Positions 49,729-61,952 of a DNA stretch of 64,000 nucleotides are shown here, piece after piece; position 1 is the stretch's first letter, and the number at the start of each line of letters is the position of its first letter. Source of the stretch: Malacoraja senta (lineage: Eukaryota); NCBI GenBank assembly GCA_038087875.1, contig CM075988.1:7380001-7444000 (forward strand), read 5' to 3'. The notes under the pieces are model-generated. The model was given only the letters and a program-made list of their open reading frames with translations. It ran no database searches and had not been told where the DNA came from. The translations under genes and the position numbers were made by a program.

Positions 49729-50005
49729 ACCGAGATGAGGAAAAACTTTTTCACACAGAGAGTGGTGAATCTCTGGAACTCTCTGCCACAGAAGGTAGTT
49801 GAGGCCAGTTCATTGACTATATTTAAGAGGGAGTTAGATGTGGCCCTTGTGGCTAAAGGGATCAGGGGGTATGGAGAGAAGGCAGGTACGGGATACTGAG
49901 TTGGATGATCAGCCATGATCATATTGAATGGCGGTGCAGGCTCGAAGGACCGAATGGCCTACTCCTGCACCTATTTTCTATGTATCTATGTATCTATGTA
50001 TCTAT
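49729..50005 (+). mobile_element. Young CR1 3' fragment inserted in the provirus, 12-bp TSD
   Basis: gaatgagaagag at 49717-49728 and 50006-50017; (tatctatg)n tail; very similar to 38530-38796. Confidence 0.93.
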
Positions 50006-50269
50006 GAATGAGAAGAGGAAATGGGCATTGAAATTCAAAAAAGTAAATTGAAGGCTGAAACTGAATTTGGTTAAATTGGAACATTTATCATGGTTTGCTT
50101 CAAATTAAAGTCACGCCTGTAGGGGAATTTGGACCGAACCCAGCTGAAATTTATATGATTACCCGTCATCAGATATACATAGTATAACACCGTGTGAGTA
50201 TGAAGAAGGCTAATTAGTGTCGATCCTAGAATAATAAAGAATATATTAGGGAACAGAATAGGAATAGGG

Positions 50270-50623
50270 GTACTTCAGATATGAAGATTGTATGTACATA
50301 ATAGTTGTATGTATATATATGTCTGTAGGTATTATGGGAAATTGCCTAGGGTAGTATTATTATTAGTAATGAATTGATTTTTAAATATGATAGAAGTGTT
50401 GGGGAAAAGGGGTGAGATTTAATAAGTTATTCTTCTTCTCACTCCTTTTCGAGCTTGTACAGACACAGAGTTGGACATTGGAACTTTGATTTTGTTCTTC
50501 TCATTGCTTTGTAAATATTGATTGTAATGTCCAATTGTTTGATAATTTCGATTTTGTTAATATTAATGTCTTTAATGTCTTTACTTGTTCGGAATAAATA
50601 AATAGATAAATAAATAAATAAAT
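50270..50623 (+). mobile_element. LINE 3'UTR fragment related to the 2126-2863 element, inside the provirus (left boundary uncertain)
   Basis: aataagttattcttcttctcactccttttcg resembles the reverse complement of 2262-2293; ends ttgttcggaataaa(aata)n. Confidence 0.65.
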
Positions 50624-51004
50624 AGTGAACAGTAATAGAGCAATAGATAATAGAATTGGGATGGGTTCAGGTGAAATAGGAATAGCGAATGTGTTAGAAA
50701 GCATGAGTGAATGATGGTCACTTGCTTTGTCCCAAGCTTCTTAGGATTTTCTAGGGTTTAGGTTCGACTGTGAAAGGTGATGGAAGACTGGGCAGGGACA
50801 CGGATGGAGGGAATTCGCGCCCACGAAAACTCGGGAGGTGAAGACTCCTCAGACAGAACTTGTGAAGTTATGCCCATGAAAACTCTGGACGTTTGACAAG
50901 ATTCTGAGAAGAAACATCATCATCTTCTGTTACTGATAGATAGGAAATGTAAAGCACACTTATGTATATCTGGTTAGCTGAGCCACTTTGGTTATCATTA
51001 TGAT

Positions 51005-51016
51005 AAAAGGAAGGAA
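51005..51016 (+). promoter_or_regulatory. Polypurine tract
   Basis: aaaaggaaggaa immediately 5' of the 3' LTR TG. Confidence 0.85.
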
Positions 51017-51786
51017 TGTTAATCCTGGCTAAATTGGAGCAGCTAGGACTTCAAAATGGGGTTAGGTTTCAGGGTTGCTGGGAGATTTGGTCAAATTGGA
51101 ATTACTCTCTGCAGAGCTGGGACAAGTTGCGAAGAGGTGTCAGAGTGTCTGGAGCTTAGATACAATTTGCAAGGAAAGAATGGGAAGATCTGCAAGCCCT
51201 GTCAATCTGGTGTAAAATGCATAGAATGGATTGGATGGCTGCAAACCAGACACACCTTGTAAATAGTTGTAAATAATGTTGCAGAGTCTGACTTTGCCAA
51301 GTGTTGCTTGGATGAGGTGGTGAGCCTTTTCTGGGTTTTCTGTAAATCAGGGTAAATGTTTCCAAGTTGACTTCCTCTCGCGGTCCATTTTGAGTACAAT
51401 GTATTGAACTTTTGTATCTTTGGGTTAGGGGACTGCCTGTTATGTATGAGGTTCATCGATATCTGTAATTGGGTTATTGAGAGACCACCCCCATGTGGTT
51501 CAGCCCCTCGAGGTCCCGGGACATATAAAAGTCCGCGATCACGAGGCGCAATGTCGATCTTCTAGAAGAGCGCTCGGGACTGCGTGAACTTCTGGACTGC
51601 CTCTGTCTGAGCGAGACCTAGAGGGCTTGAACAGGCAGACGCGAGGATCGAACCCGCGGTGGGATAGGTACAGTGTGTGATCTGTGACCGGCTTTTGGTA
51701 AAATAAAATTCAGTTGTTTCAAGTGCTTGATTCAGTGTTTTTACTGAAACTAGACTGGGGGGAAGCTTAGAAATGAGCAATTATCA
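51017..51786 (+). repeat. 3' LTR (770 bp)
   Basis: tgttaatcctggct...gcaattatca followed by TSD aagg. Confidence 0.97.
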
Positions 51787-52704
51787 AAGGAATGTTCATT
51801 GCCATTTATTTTGGCGCTATTTTTTGTACACTTGCTGGAGAAGGATCAACCTGCAGTGTGTGCAGCTCTGAAGCTAATTTATTTGAGAAGACGTTTCATA
51901 TTTTGAAAACGCATTCACTTGTAGTCAGACTTCACATGTAATGCCTGAATGAGACTTGCTAAACAGCAAGGAAAGCTCTTGGGTATTCGTGACCTTAATC
52001 AGCTGCTGGTTCAACTTTTTAATATCTTTTGAATGAAGTCATCAAATCCCGTTTTCATTAAAGTTAGAGGCTTCTGAATGAATATTCCATCTAACTACTC
52101 CTGCTTAAATGATCACCAGCCCTGCTAATATTAGGAGAAATAGATCCATCTTTTAGTTATTGCTATTTTTTATTGCAAGGTAGGGTTGATTGCAAAGGTA
52201 CAATTTTAAAATTGTACGCAGGTTTAATATTTTCCTCTAATTACCAGTATTTAGATAATGTAGCGTTCACAGTTTTGCACAGCTAGTTTAAAAATGAGAA
52301 CTCCCTGTGAAATGAGAACATTCCCACGGGGCATTTTCTTTGCAGGACTGTCGCGACCTCAAAATAGGAGTCAATTAATCAGGATAGAAATAAGAAGTAT
52401 TGTTCCAAACTCAAGAGGGTGGAATCATTGGAATTTTCCTAGTGAGGTTTTGAGCCCCAATCATTAAGTTTATTCAAGTCAAGGAATAAGTGTAGTCATT
52501 AAAGTTAGAGATAGCAGAATAAGCTAGAATATGTCCTGAATTACACTGTCGTTGTCTACCCCTGTTTAGCAAAGAATGGATAACTCAGTAACACATGGAA
52601 AATCTTGTTGTTCAATACATGCAAAAATCTCCTCTCACTCAATGAGGCTGTTAGGATGGAATAAGGATATTAATTCCTTGAATAATTTTATTTTTTGTGA
52701 GATA

Positions 52705-53017
52705 TGGGCGGCACAGTGGTGCAGCGATAGAGTTGCTGCCTTACAGTGCCAGAGACCATGGTTTGATCCTGACTACGGGTGCTGTCTATATGAAGTTTGC
52801 ACATTCTCCCTGTGACTGCATGGGATTTCTCCGGGTGCTCTGGTTTCCTCCCACATTCGAAAGTCGTGCAGGCTTGTAGATTAATTGGCTTCTGTAAATT
52901 GTCCCTACTTCGTAGGATAAAACTAGTGTATGGATAGAAGGATAGAACTAGTTGGTCGCCATGGACTCGGTGGGGCCAAAGGGACTGCTTCACGTTGTAT
53001 CTCTAAACTAAACTAAA
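52705..53017 (+). mobile_element. HE1/V-SINE-type SINE
   Basis: gggcggcacagtggtgcagcgatagag head; tail ctctaaactaaactaaa. Confidence 0.88.
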
Positions 53018-53364
53018 TATAATTTAAAAAAACACATTATGTCAGTTATCCGCCTCCTAAGGAAATTTATTTCCTGATAAGGCACTTGAGCAAAGAATGA
53101 CACAAAGTGCTGGAGTAACAGTAGCATCACTTAAGCAACCAGAACAACAACAGAAATACACACCTTTGATTGCCGCTGGGCTGTGCTAGTTTTACTGCAC
53201 ATGCCAGGGAGGTTATTTGAGATGACAATAACATATCTACACTTACTGGATAACTGAATTAAAAAAATAAAGAGACACTCAGCTGGTAACGCAGAATCAA
53301 TGGTCAGAGAAGCAATTCATGGTTTCAGTCTGGGTCTCTCTTCATATAGTTTTTGCGATAACTT

Positions 53365-53557
53365 GTGTCGGAAGGAACTGCAAATGCTGGTTTAAACTGA
53401 AGATAGACACAAAATGCTGGAGTAACTCAGCGGGAGAGGCAGCTTCTCTGGATCGCTTCAGACCTGAAGAAGGGTCTTGACCCAAAATGTCACCCATTCC
53501 TTCTATCCAGTGATGCTGCCTGTCCCGCTGTGTTACTCCAGCATTTTGTGTCTATCT
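53365..53557. mobile_element. Palindromic Penelope-derived unit
   Basis: gatagacacaaaatgctggagtaac ... ctgaagaagggtcttgacccaaaatgtc ... gttactccagcattttgtgtctatc. Confidence 0.85.
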
Positions 53558-53825
53558 GTCTATTTGGGATAACCTCTTGTTTGTTTTCTTTGATCTCCTG
53601 GTGAGAGTTAAGGGCAACCTAGGCCTTGCATGATATTCCTCATCAGGAATAACTTGCCAGCCAGTGCTCAGCAACCTGGGAGTGATGAGTTATTGGAGAA
53701 CAGATTACCTTGAAACTAGCGCACAGCCATAATCATCGCCTTTAGTTCTGCAGATGCACACGTAATTAAGTGCCTTCAAACCTCCTGAGAAAATGATTAG
53801 TTGCCAGGTTAAGTAATGCTTGGAG

Positions 53826-54120
53826 TTTAGTTTAGTTGAGAGGTAGAACATGGAATAATCGAGTCCACACCCATCCTCAATCACCCATTCACATCAGTTC
53901 CTTGTAATCCATTTTCCTCTCCACTCCTTACACATTAGGAGGAATTCACAAAGGTCTATTAACCTACAAACCCACAAGACTTTGGGTTGTGGGAGGAAAT
54001 CCCACGAGGTCACAGGGAGAAAGCGCACATTCCATACAGGCAGCACGCAAGGTCAGGATCAAACCCGGGTCTTTGGTGCTGTGAGGTAGCAGCTTTAACA
54101 GCTATGCCACTATGCTGCCC
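53826..54120 (-). mobile_element. Degraded HE1-type SINE
   Basis: tttagtttagtt tail; ggtcaggatcaaacccgggtct head on minus. Confidence 0.75.
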
Positions 54121-54895
54121 TGACTTGGCATTGATTGGAATGGGTAAAATGGAGCATCAATTCAACATTTTAATATCGTTTTCTGGAACCACAACATTTT
54201 GACACATAGAAACAATCGTCAAATTGATCAGATGCAGAGGACACAATGTCTGTTGAAGCACTCCACACAACTGTGAAGCACACAATGTCTGCTGGCTTGG
54301 AAGCACTGAGATTGATGGGTGTGGGAGTTGAGGAAGTGTGTGTTTAATCTCTGCAGATCGGGTCCCGATTTTGTTTAGTTTTCCTCGGCCTCCCATCTGT
54401 GGCCAGTCCGTGAGTGTGTCTCTCGTTCTGACCCTGAAGGGTTTGCGGAGAGAAAGCCAGATGTTGTTGAGCGATGCAGATTACTGTCGGCTGCTAACTC
54501 GGCAGCTATTGGGTTTCTGGCCACCTGTTGTATGTCTTCAGCTGCTGGCTTAAGGCAGGATTGGGTGAGTCGGAACAAGGGACAAAGATCTTGCTTAAAA
54601 ATGAAAACATTGAGTCTTGCTCCATTACATGTCCTTTTCTAAGTCGTTAATTAGATGGAGCCAGGGAATTCAACCATGTTTTCCCATGTGCCATGTGACA
54701 CTGCAGGGATAAGCTTATGATCATTTTATTTGGAAAAGCTTTTAACTAACTTTCAGAAGTTCAGACCTGAATTTTGGGCTCAATTTGGTGAAACCCAGTA
54801 TGCCCAGTTTTAGTTTGGAGCCACATGGAATTAATATTTGTTTTGGAATAGGGGGTTGCATCTTGATTTATTATTCCCATGCAGAATCATTTCTC

Positions 54896-55430
54896 TTTAC
54901 TTTAGACTTTAGAGATACAGTGTGGAAACAGGCCCTTCGGCCCACAGAGTCCACGCTGGTCAGCGATTACCCCATACATAAGGTCATAAGGAATAGGAGT
55001 AGAATTCAGCCATACGGCCCATCAAGTCTACTCCGCCATTCAATCATGGCTGATCTATCTCTCCCTCCTAACCCCATTCTCCTGCCTTCTCCCATTAACT
55101 TCTGACACCTGTACTAATCAAGAATCTATCTATCTCTGCCTTAAAAATATCCTTGCCCTCTACAGCCTTCTGTGGTAAAGAATTCCACAGATTCACCACC
55201 CTCTGACTAAAGAAATTTCTCCTCATCTCCTTCCTAAAAGAACGTCCTTTAATTCTGAGGCTATGACCTCTAGTCCTAGACTCTCCCACTATTGGAAACA
55301 TCCTCTCCACACCACTCTATACAAGCCTTTCACTATTCTGTATGCTTCAATGAGGTCCCCCTTCATTCTTAGAAACTCCAGCGAGTACAGGCCCAGTGCC
55401 GACAAATGCTCATCATAGGTTAACCTACTC
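54896..55430 (-). mobile_element. SINE tail (54896-54975) followed by CR1 3' fragment (54976-55430)
   Basis: MFPIVGESRTRGHSLRIKGRSFRKEMRRNFFSQRVVNLWNSLP (ORF 55095-55310). Confidence 0.88.
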
Positions 55431-57835
55431 AAGGAAGCTGGATATAAGGTGCAAAACACACTGACTTTTCTCTTTGGTTTTAATGCAGCATCTAAGGATG
55501 TAATGGAAAATTACCTCTGCTGAAAGAGGTGTAAGTGAAATATATTGTTTGGTTTAATTTATTGTCATGTGTACCGAAGTACCGTGAAAAACTTTTGTTG
55601 CGTGATAATCAGTTAGCGGAAAGATTATACATGATTACAATCGAGCCATCCACAGCGTATAGGTACATTATGAAGGGAATAAAGTGCAAGATAAAGTCCA
55701 GGAAATGGACTGAATGGACTGATGCTGCTGTTGGTTGTAGGCACAGGGTCACAGGACCACATGAGGGCATCACAACTCATCAGCAATCTCCCTGAAGGAA
55801 AGGGAGGGATAATGAAAAGTGAGGGTTAATCCTGAATCCAAGAATTCCCAAGATGTTGAAATGAAGGCTTATCACATTTGGCTGTAGCTTTAACTAATTT
55901 CCCAGTACTTCGAAGCTCCTAGATCTCATCCTTTTTCAGGATGGCTTATTGGCTTTCAAAAGTAATGTTTCAAGTCGCCTCAGCATTGTTCCTTATTACA
56001 TCCTGGCCTCGGGTTAATTTTCCATTTTGATGCTTCATACGATGAGAACTTATCCACAAATGATGTTTGACATCGGTGTCCTGATCAATTGAACTCTCTC
56101 GCACCGTGGGCTACAAGTTTGTAACCTGTCACAGATCAATCTGGTAAAGTGAAGTGGATGTCTTCTAGATATTCACTCCAGTCAGAAGTTGACTGTGGAC
56201 TGTCGTCAATGGTTCATTTATAGATCTCCTGAATTGCATGAATGTTGAAGAGTTGAAATGGCAGATCTGGAGATGTACTCTAATCACCTTTCCACTCGTC
56301 TCTGCTGCAGTGAGAATCGGGGAACTCCATTTTTTATATTTAGCACATCCGAGCAATTTCCCTTTTTATTTTTCTGCTGCATCTTAATTCTAATTACGTT
56401 GATTTGTTTTTTGTCCCTGTTTGAAGTTTATTAAGCAGAATATTTTTTATTTATTGTCATTTTTGCTGGCTCTTGCCAGCTTTTCCAATTACTGCAGCAG
56501 CTCCTTGTAATTGCTTCTGGTAATGGCTGTGAACAATTGCGCAAAATGAGCTGCCTGGATGGCTTGTGTGATTCACTTCATTAAAAGCTAATGTATTCCA
56601 ACTTAAGCAGTCGGCTAGTCATGAGCAAAAAGAACAAGTACATGGTTTCGCCTTTAGTGTTTTGGTCTAAAATTAATTTTAATTTACATTTTGAGTTTTC
56701 TGTGCTGCTACAGCTTTCTGTTGGAAATGGAGTCATCAAGACCAAAATTATTTTTTTAATTTTACCATAATTTGGACATTCAGGATTAGTTGGAATTAGT
56801 TGTTATTGTATCCCTTTTACAAGAATATTCCCGCCAGATTCTCCTAACGCTTCATTCTTGTCCATGCAAGTTGAAACTAGTAATTTTACTATTTTATATA
56901 TCTAATCTGTTTTAAGTAATGAGATAGCTATTCCTTCAGGGTATCAGACTTGTAGTAACTAATGGGATTTGAACTGACATTGAACTACTCAGAGGATCCG
57001 AATATCACAACATGAATGGGATAGAATGACAGGGCTTCTGCTGGAGAATATTAAGCATGTGGCAAGAGGCTTCCTCCAAGAATTCCCAGGATGTCGTTTT
57101 CTGTTGGAATTAGAGTCACCAAGGCCAAAAGAACATGGGAGCTATTTGTTATTGTATCCATTTTACAAGAATATTTGTGTCATAAGTGATAGGAGCAGAA
57201 TGAGGCCATTCGGCTCATCAAGTATCGGATTCCTTTGGAGTGCCCAAGCTGTACATGCCAGAGTGAAGAGGGAACTGGTGTATACGGCTTGGACAATGGA
57301 ACAGTAAAGTGTATGAGTGGGGCCTGGTGGTTGATCCTCTGATCCTCCTCTTTCACTCTTGGGCTGTGGGTGGGTTTAGGAAGATAGTGATGAAGTGTCA
57401 AAGGTTACCTTTGGTCACGTCTGCATATCATCCATTGAGCTGCCATATTGGCAGCTATTTGTGGTCTTCAATGTTTCTTTATGGACACGTAGGCACTGCA
57501 CTGTGAAATTCTTTTGCATAGATCACACATACATGAATTGCCATATTTTGGCGGCATTTACAAAAGTCCAAAGCCCGGTCTACGTTCTGGAGCGGCTCCC
57601 GATCCAGGCTCCTGATCCAGGTCTTAAACTATAGTTAAATTACACAAAACACGTTCCAAGTCTACCATTTCATCTGATTAAAATCTTTTCAATATCTTCC
57701 ATCCTGCGCGCTATTTATATTTCTTTTCCATTTATCTCTGATTAAAACTATTTCTGGGCACTATATCCTGGATGTTGTCTTTTTGTCACAAACATGCATC
57801 TCTTTAAATATCTGGAATATGGATATTTGATTGGA

Positions 57836-58135
57836 AGATACAGCATGGAAACAGGCCCTTCGGCCCGCAAAATTCACACCGACTGAACACCCGTTCGCAT
57901 TAGTTCCATGATATCCCACTTTCTCATCCACATCCCAACACACTGGGAACAATTTACACAAGCCAATTAACCTACAAACATGCATATCTTTGGGAATGGA
58001 TAGGATTCCGGAGCATCCAGAGGAGTCACAAAGAAAACATGCAAACTCAACATAGGCAGCACCCGAGGTCAGGATGGAATATGGGTCTCTGGTGCTATGG
58101 TGCAACAGCTCTATTAGCTGCGTCACTGTGCCCCT
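57836..58135 (-). mobile_element. HE1-type SINE
   Basis: agatacagcatggaaacaggcccttcggccc tail; head on the right. Confidence 0.8.
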
Positions 58136-58350
58136 CATACTTCCTGGGATAAACCCAGTTGTGTTGGCTCCTTCGTTTTAATGAATTGCTTGTTCATTAA
58201 TACCTTTGAATGGTTTGAGCTGTTGACTATCGATCAGCAAGTAGGTGAAAATTTGAAACAAAGTTGCTGTAATTTGGAATAGCTCGATGTGGATGTGATA
58301 AAAGTGATCCTGATGTCAGTTTGTCCACGCCTGATCCAGCATGTTTGCTT

Positions 58351-58660
58351 TGGGCGGCACCGATAGTGCCGCAGTGACAGAGTTGCTGCCTTACAGCGCC
58401 AGTGGCCCGGGTTCCATCCTGACTAGGGGTGCTGAAGGTATGGAGTTTGTACGTTCTTCCTGTGACCACGTGGGTTTTCTCCAGGTGCTCTAGTTTCTTT
58501 CCATATTCCAAAGACATGCTGGTTTATAAGTTAATGGGCTTTCGTAAATTCTTCCTAGTGTGTATGATAGAACTAGTGCAGGATAGAAATAGTGGTGATC
58601 TTTGGTTGGCGGGGACTCGGTGAACTGAAGGACCTGATCCCACACTGTGTCTCTAAACTA
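58351..58660 (+). mobile_element. HE1-type SINE
   Basis: Head gggcggcacc...ggttccatcctgact; tail ctctaaacta. Confidence 0.82.
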
Positions 58661-58673
58661 AGCTAAATTCAAC

Positions 58674-58687
58674 GTGTGTGTATACTG

Positions 58688-58717
<30 letters not shown>
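58674..58717. repeat. (GT)n microsatellite with TA interruption
   Basis: Direct reading. Confidence 0.9.
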
Positions 58718-58718
<1 letters not shown>

Positions 58719-59430
58719 TTTTGTGATGGGTACACATTGACACATGACTGAGTGACAATTGCCCAGACCCTGACAAAGTATCTGAGTCTTTCTCTGGTAT
58801 ATTGCAAGGTCAAACCTTTTTTTCTGTAGTCTTCCAAGCTTAGCCTCTTAAGATATTTATACAATTTTCTTTGGAATGGAAAGTGACGCAATGGAAAATT
58901 ACCATTTGTATCTTCTAATATCCTCTCAGGCAATGAATTAAATTTCATAAGTTTCCAGGTCTCAACAAAAAAAAAGTTATCTTTTGCTATCTCTGTCAAA
59001 CCCCTTGTTCTTCTTGGAGCAGATGTGATTGATCCCAGCTTACCTAATTTCTGCAGGAAACTAGACCCTCATCCATATTATAATTTCGAGGAAATCTCTT
59101 TGTGCTCTTTCCAATGCCTTGATTTCTTTCCTACTGCGCTGAGTTCAAAACCGAATACTCAGTTGGGGTCTAACCTGTGATTTAATGAAGTTGTGCAGTA
59201 TTATATTGCCTTTGCATTCTCTTTGTCCTTGTATAATAATCCCAGGACCTTTTGTGATATTTGAGCAGTGTTATCAACTTATTTTAAAGTCTATGTGGAC
59301 CATCCCACTTAAAATTCCTTCTCCTCATTCTATCCCCCATCAGGATGCTCAGCCTTTCACTGCTTTGTGTATTGTCTGCTGTGAATCTTCCCTTTTTTAT
59401 GGCTAATCTTTGTTTGTCTGCTCGCTATAT

Positions 59431-59830
59431 TTAGTTTAGTTTAGAGATACAGCCTTTCGACTCCCCTCGAGCCAACCAGTGATCCCCGTATACCAGCACT
59501 ATCCTACACACTAGACAATTTTCCTTTTTTTAACCGAAGCCAATTGACCTACAAAGTTGTACGTCTTTAGAGTGTGGAAGGAAACCGGAGCGCCTGGAGA
59601 AAACCCACGTAGGTCATGGGAGAACGTACAAACTCCATACAGACAGCACACGTAGTCAGGGCCGAACCTGGGTCTCCAGCGCTGTAAGGCAACAACTCTA
59701 CCACTGCGGAGGTAGACAAAAATGCTGGAGAAACTCAGCGAGTGAGGCAGCATCTATGGAGCGAAGGAAATAGGCAACGTTTCGGGTCAAAACCCTTCTT
59801 CAGACTCTACCGCTGCGCCACCGTGCTGGC
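59431..59830 (-). mobile_element. HE1-type SINE split by a 95-bp Penelope-derived hammerhead unit (59709-59803, minus)
   Basis: actctacc(a/g)ctgcg duplicated at 59695-59708 and 59804-59817. Confidence 0.88.
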
Positions 59831-60146
59831 CACAGAAGTTAACTTCTGTGAAATTAAAAATTATGCCCTTTTATATCCAGAACCGTTGTGTATTGAAGAG
59901 AGTTGTGGTCCTCACACCATCATCTAGGGATTGTACTTCCCATTAGTCTGAAAGGTGTCTTTTCACCATTGCTCTGATTTCTGTTACTGAACCAGCTTTG
60001 TATCAGTACTGCTCGTACTACAGTTCAGGTTTCGACTTTGCTAGTGTGTCTATCTTGTGGCACTTCATCACAACATCATTTGATATTCTGCATTAACAAC
60101 ATGAACAGTACTGTGTACATCAGCATTCTCCATTATTTCATCGTAT

Positions 60147-60462
60147 GGTGACACAGTGGCGCAGCTGGTAGAACCGCTGCCTCGCAGCACAAGAGACCAG
60201 GGCTCTATCCTGATCTTGGGTGCTGTATGTATGGAGTTTGCACATTCTCCCTGTGACTGCGTGACTTTCCTTCCCGTGCACCGGTTTCCTCCCACACTCC
60301 AAAGAAGTGTGGGTTGGTAGGTTAATGGCCTCATTGAATTGCTCCAAGTGTGTAGGGAATGGAAGTGACTAAAGAACTAGTTTGAATGGGTGTTCGATGG
60401 TCAGCATGGACTTGGTGAGCTGAAGGGTCTGTTTCCATGCTGTATCTCTGAGCCAAACTAAA
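60147..60462 (+). mobile_element. HE1-type SINE
   Basis: Head acagtggcgcagctggtagaac, core and tail. Confidence 0.82.
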
Positions 60463-60677
60463 ATTCATTTGTTTAACTGTCATTGATCTATAGGAAGTTT
60501 AATATGCCAGAACATTAGAGTTAGCTGTGACATGGAACCAGAGATGTACAATGGGCACCTCGAGAGGTGGTGCTGCATTTCAGTTAGTTTTACTGATGAA
60601 CCAAAAACGTTTTGGTTACTTGGGGTTTGCTAAACCAAGATTGTGTTTGGCACAAGTTGTTCCTGTTTTGTTTACCT

Positions 60678-60990
60678 TAGTTTAAAAATACAGCATGGAG
60701 ACAGGCCCTTCAGCCCTCCTTGTCCACGACGACCATTGGTCACCCCATGCGCCTGTTCTATGCCATCCCACTTTCACATCCTGCACCCCAGGTGCAATTT
60801 ACAGAGGCCAATTTACCTACAAACATGTACGTCTTTGTATTGTGGGAGGAAACCGGAGCACCCGCAGAAAACCCACGCAGTCATAGGGGGAATGTACAAA
60901 CTCCGTACAGACCACACCTGTAGCCGGGATCCAAGCTGGGTATCTGGCACCATGAGGCAGCAGCTCTACCCGCTGCACCACTCGGCCGCA
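60678..60990 (-). mobile_element. HE1-type SINE
   Basis: gggaggaaaccggagcacccgcagaaaaccca core. Confidence 0.8.
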
Positions 60991-61109
60991 GCTGTGTTGT
61001 CCATAGAACTGGTTTGGAGGGATAACGGTGACCAGTCCAGTGTATTAACTTGAAACACACCATCTTCTCATAAAATAATCATTTTGTTATCTGAGATAGC
61101 TTCCTTCTT

Positions 61110-61378
61110 TAGACTTTTACTTTAGACAACAGAAACGGGTCTTTTGCCCCGCTGAGTTTGCGCTGCCCAGTGATCACCCCGTACACTAACACTATCCTAC
61201 ACACCAGGGACAACTAACATTTTTTACCGAAGCCAATTAACCTGCAAACCTGTACGTCCTTGGAGTGTGAGAGGAAACCGGAGCACTCAGAGAAAACCCA
61301 CATGGTCACAGGGAGAAAGTACAAACTTTGTGCAGCCAGTACCCGTGGTCGGGATCGAACCCAGGTCTGTGCCGCCCT
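61110..61378 (-). mobile_element. HE1-type SINE
   Basis: Core and tail as in the other copies. Confidence 0.8.
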
Positions 61379-61952
61379 TCTGTGTGCTCAGGTGTTAATA
61401 ACTTCACTTTTTTTTTGCAGGATTTGATTTGTACGCTTCTCTTTTTATTCTGACATTGAGTTCAAAGCAGTGCAGACGTATACCTGGAAATTCAGCTGTG
61501 GAAAAACAGCTGTTTAAACACTCGACTGGCTGAGTATTGCTGTTGAGAAGTGCATTACTCATCATATTGGATTCAAATCGACTTGGCAGCAGCGGCTCGT
61601 GTGTAACATTTAAAGCCCAGAATAATTTTGTAAATTATGCCTTAGCACATCGTGCAACTCTGGGTTTTGAATGTCTCAGTTTTCTATCTCACTATCCCAG
61701 GCAGCAGGATCTGTAAACCTCTCGGATTAACTGGGTAAGTGGACTGTCTTAATGGAAGGTCTCCATCTTTATTCTCCCCCTTTTCCCCCCACTTGCCCCG
61801 CACCTCCAGGTGCATCATAAGGGAGTAGGGGAGGAAACCGGAGCACCTGGAGGAAACCCACATGGTCACAGGGAGAATGTGCAAACTCCACACAGACAGC
61901 AGACTGCCATTAGAAGAAAACAAAGAGGATGCATTTATAGTTTAGGTCGGTG

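Larger units (their letters stand above)
49485..50800 (+). pseudogene. Eroded integrase traces, interrupted by two LINE fragments
   Basis: In correct order: VLGIAD, VFTRWI (49510-49527), WKEIVPGFGIFDWASD (49573-49620), EQLGIPQEL, AVE*, GLLQIKVTPVGEFGPNPAEIY (50092-50154), WVQVK (50662-50676). Confidence 0.75.
43381..51786 (+). mobile_element. Complete non-autonomous endogenous retrovirus (class I, gamma/epsilon-like): gag retained, pol eroded, no env
   Basis: TSD AAGG at 43377-43380 and 51787-51790; two TG...CA LTRs; PBS; PPT; gag motifs; protease and integrase traces. Confidence 0.93.

Noticed and set aside
50620..51004. env gene in the provirus
   Set aside because: Too short; no signal peptide, furin site, CX6CC motif or transmembrane segment, and part of it reads as the integrase C-terminus.
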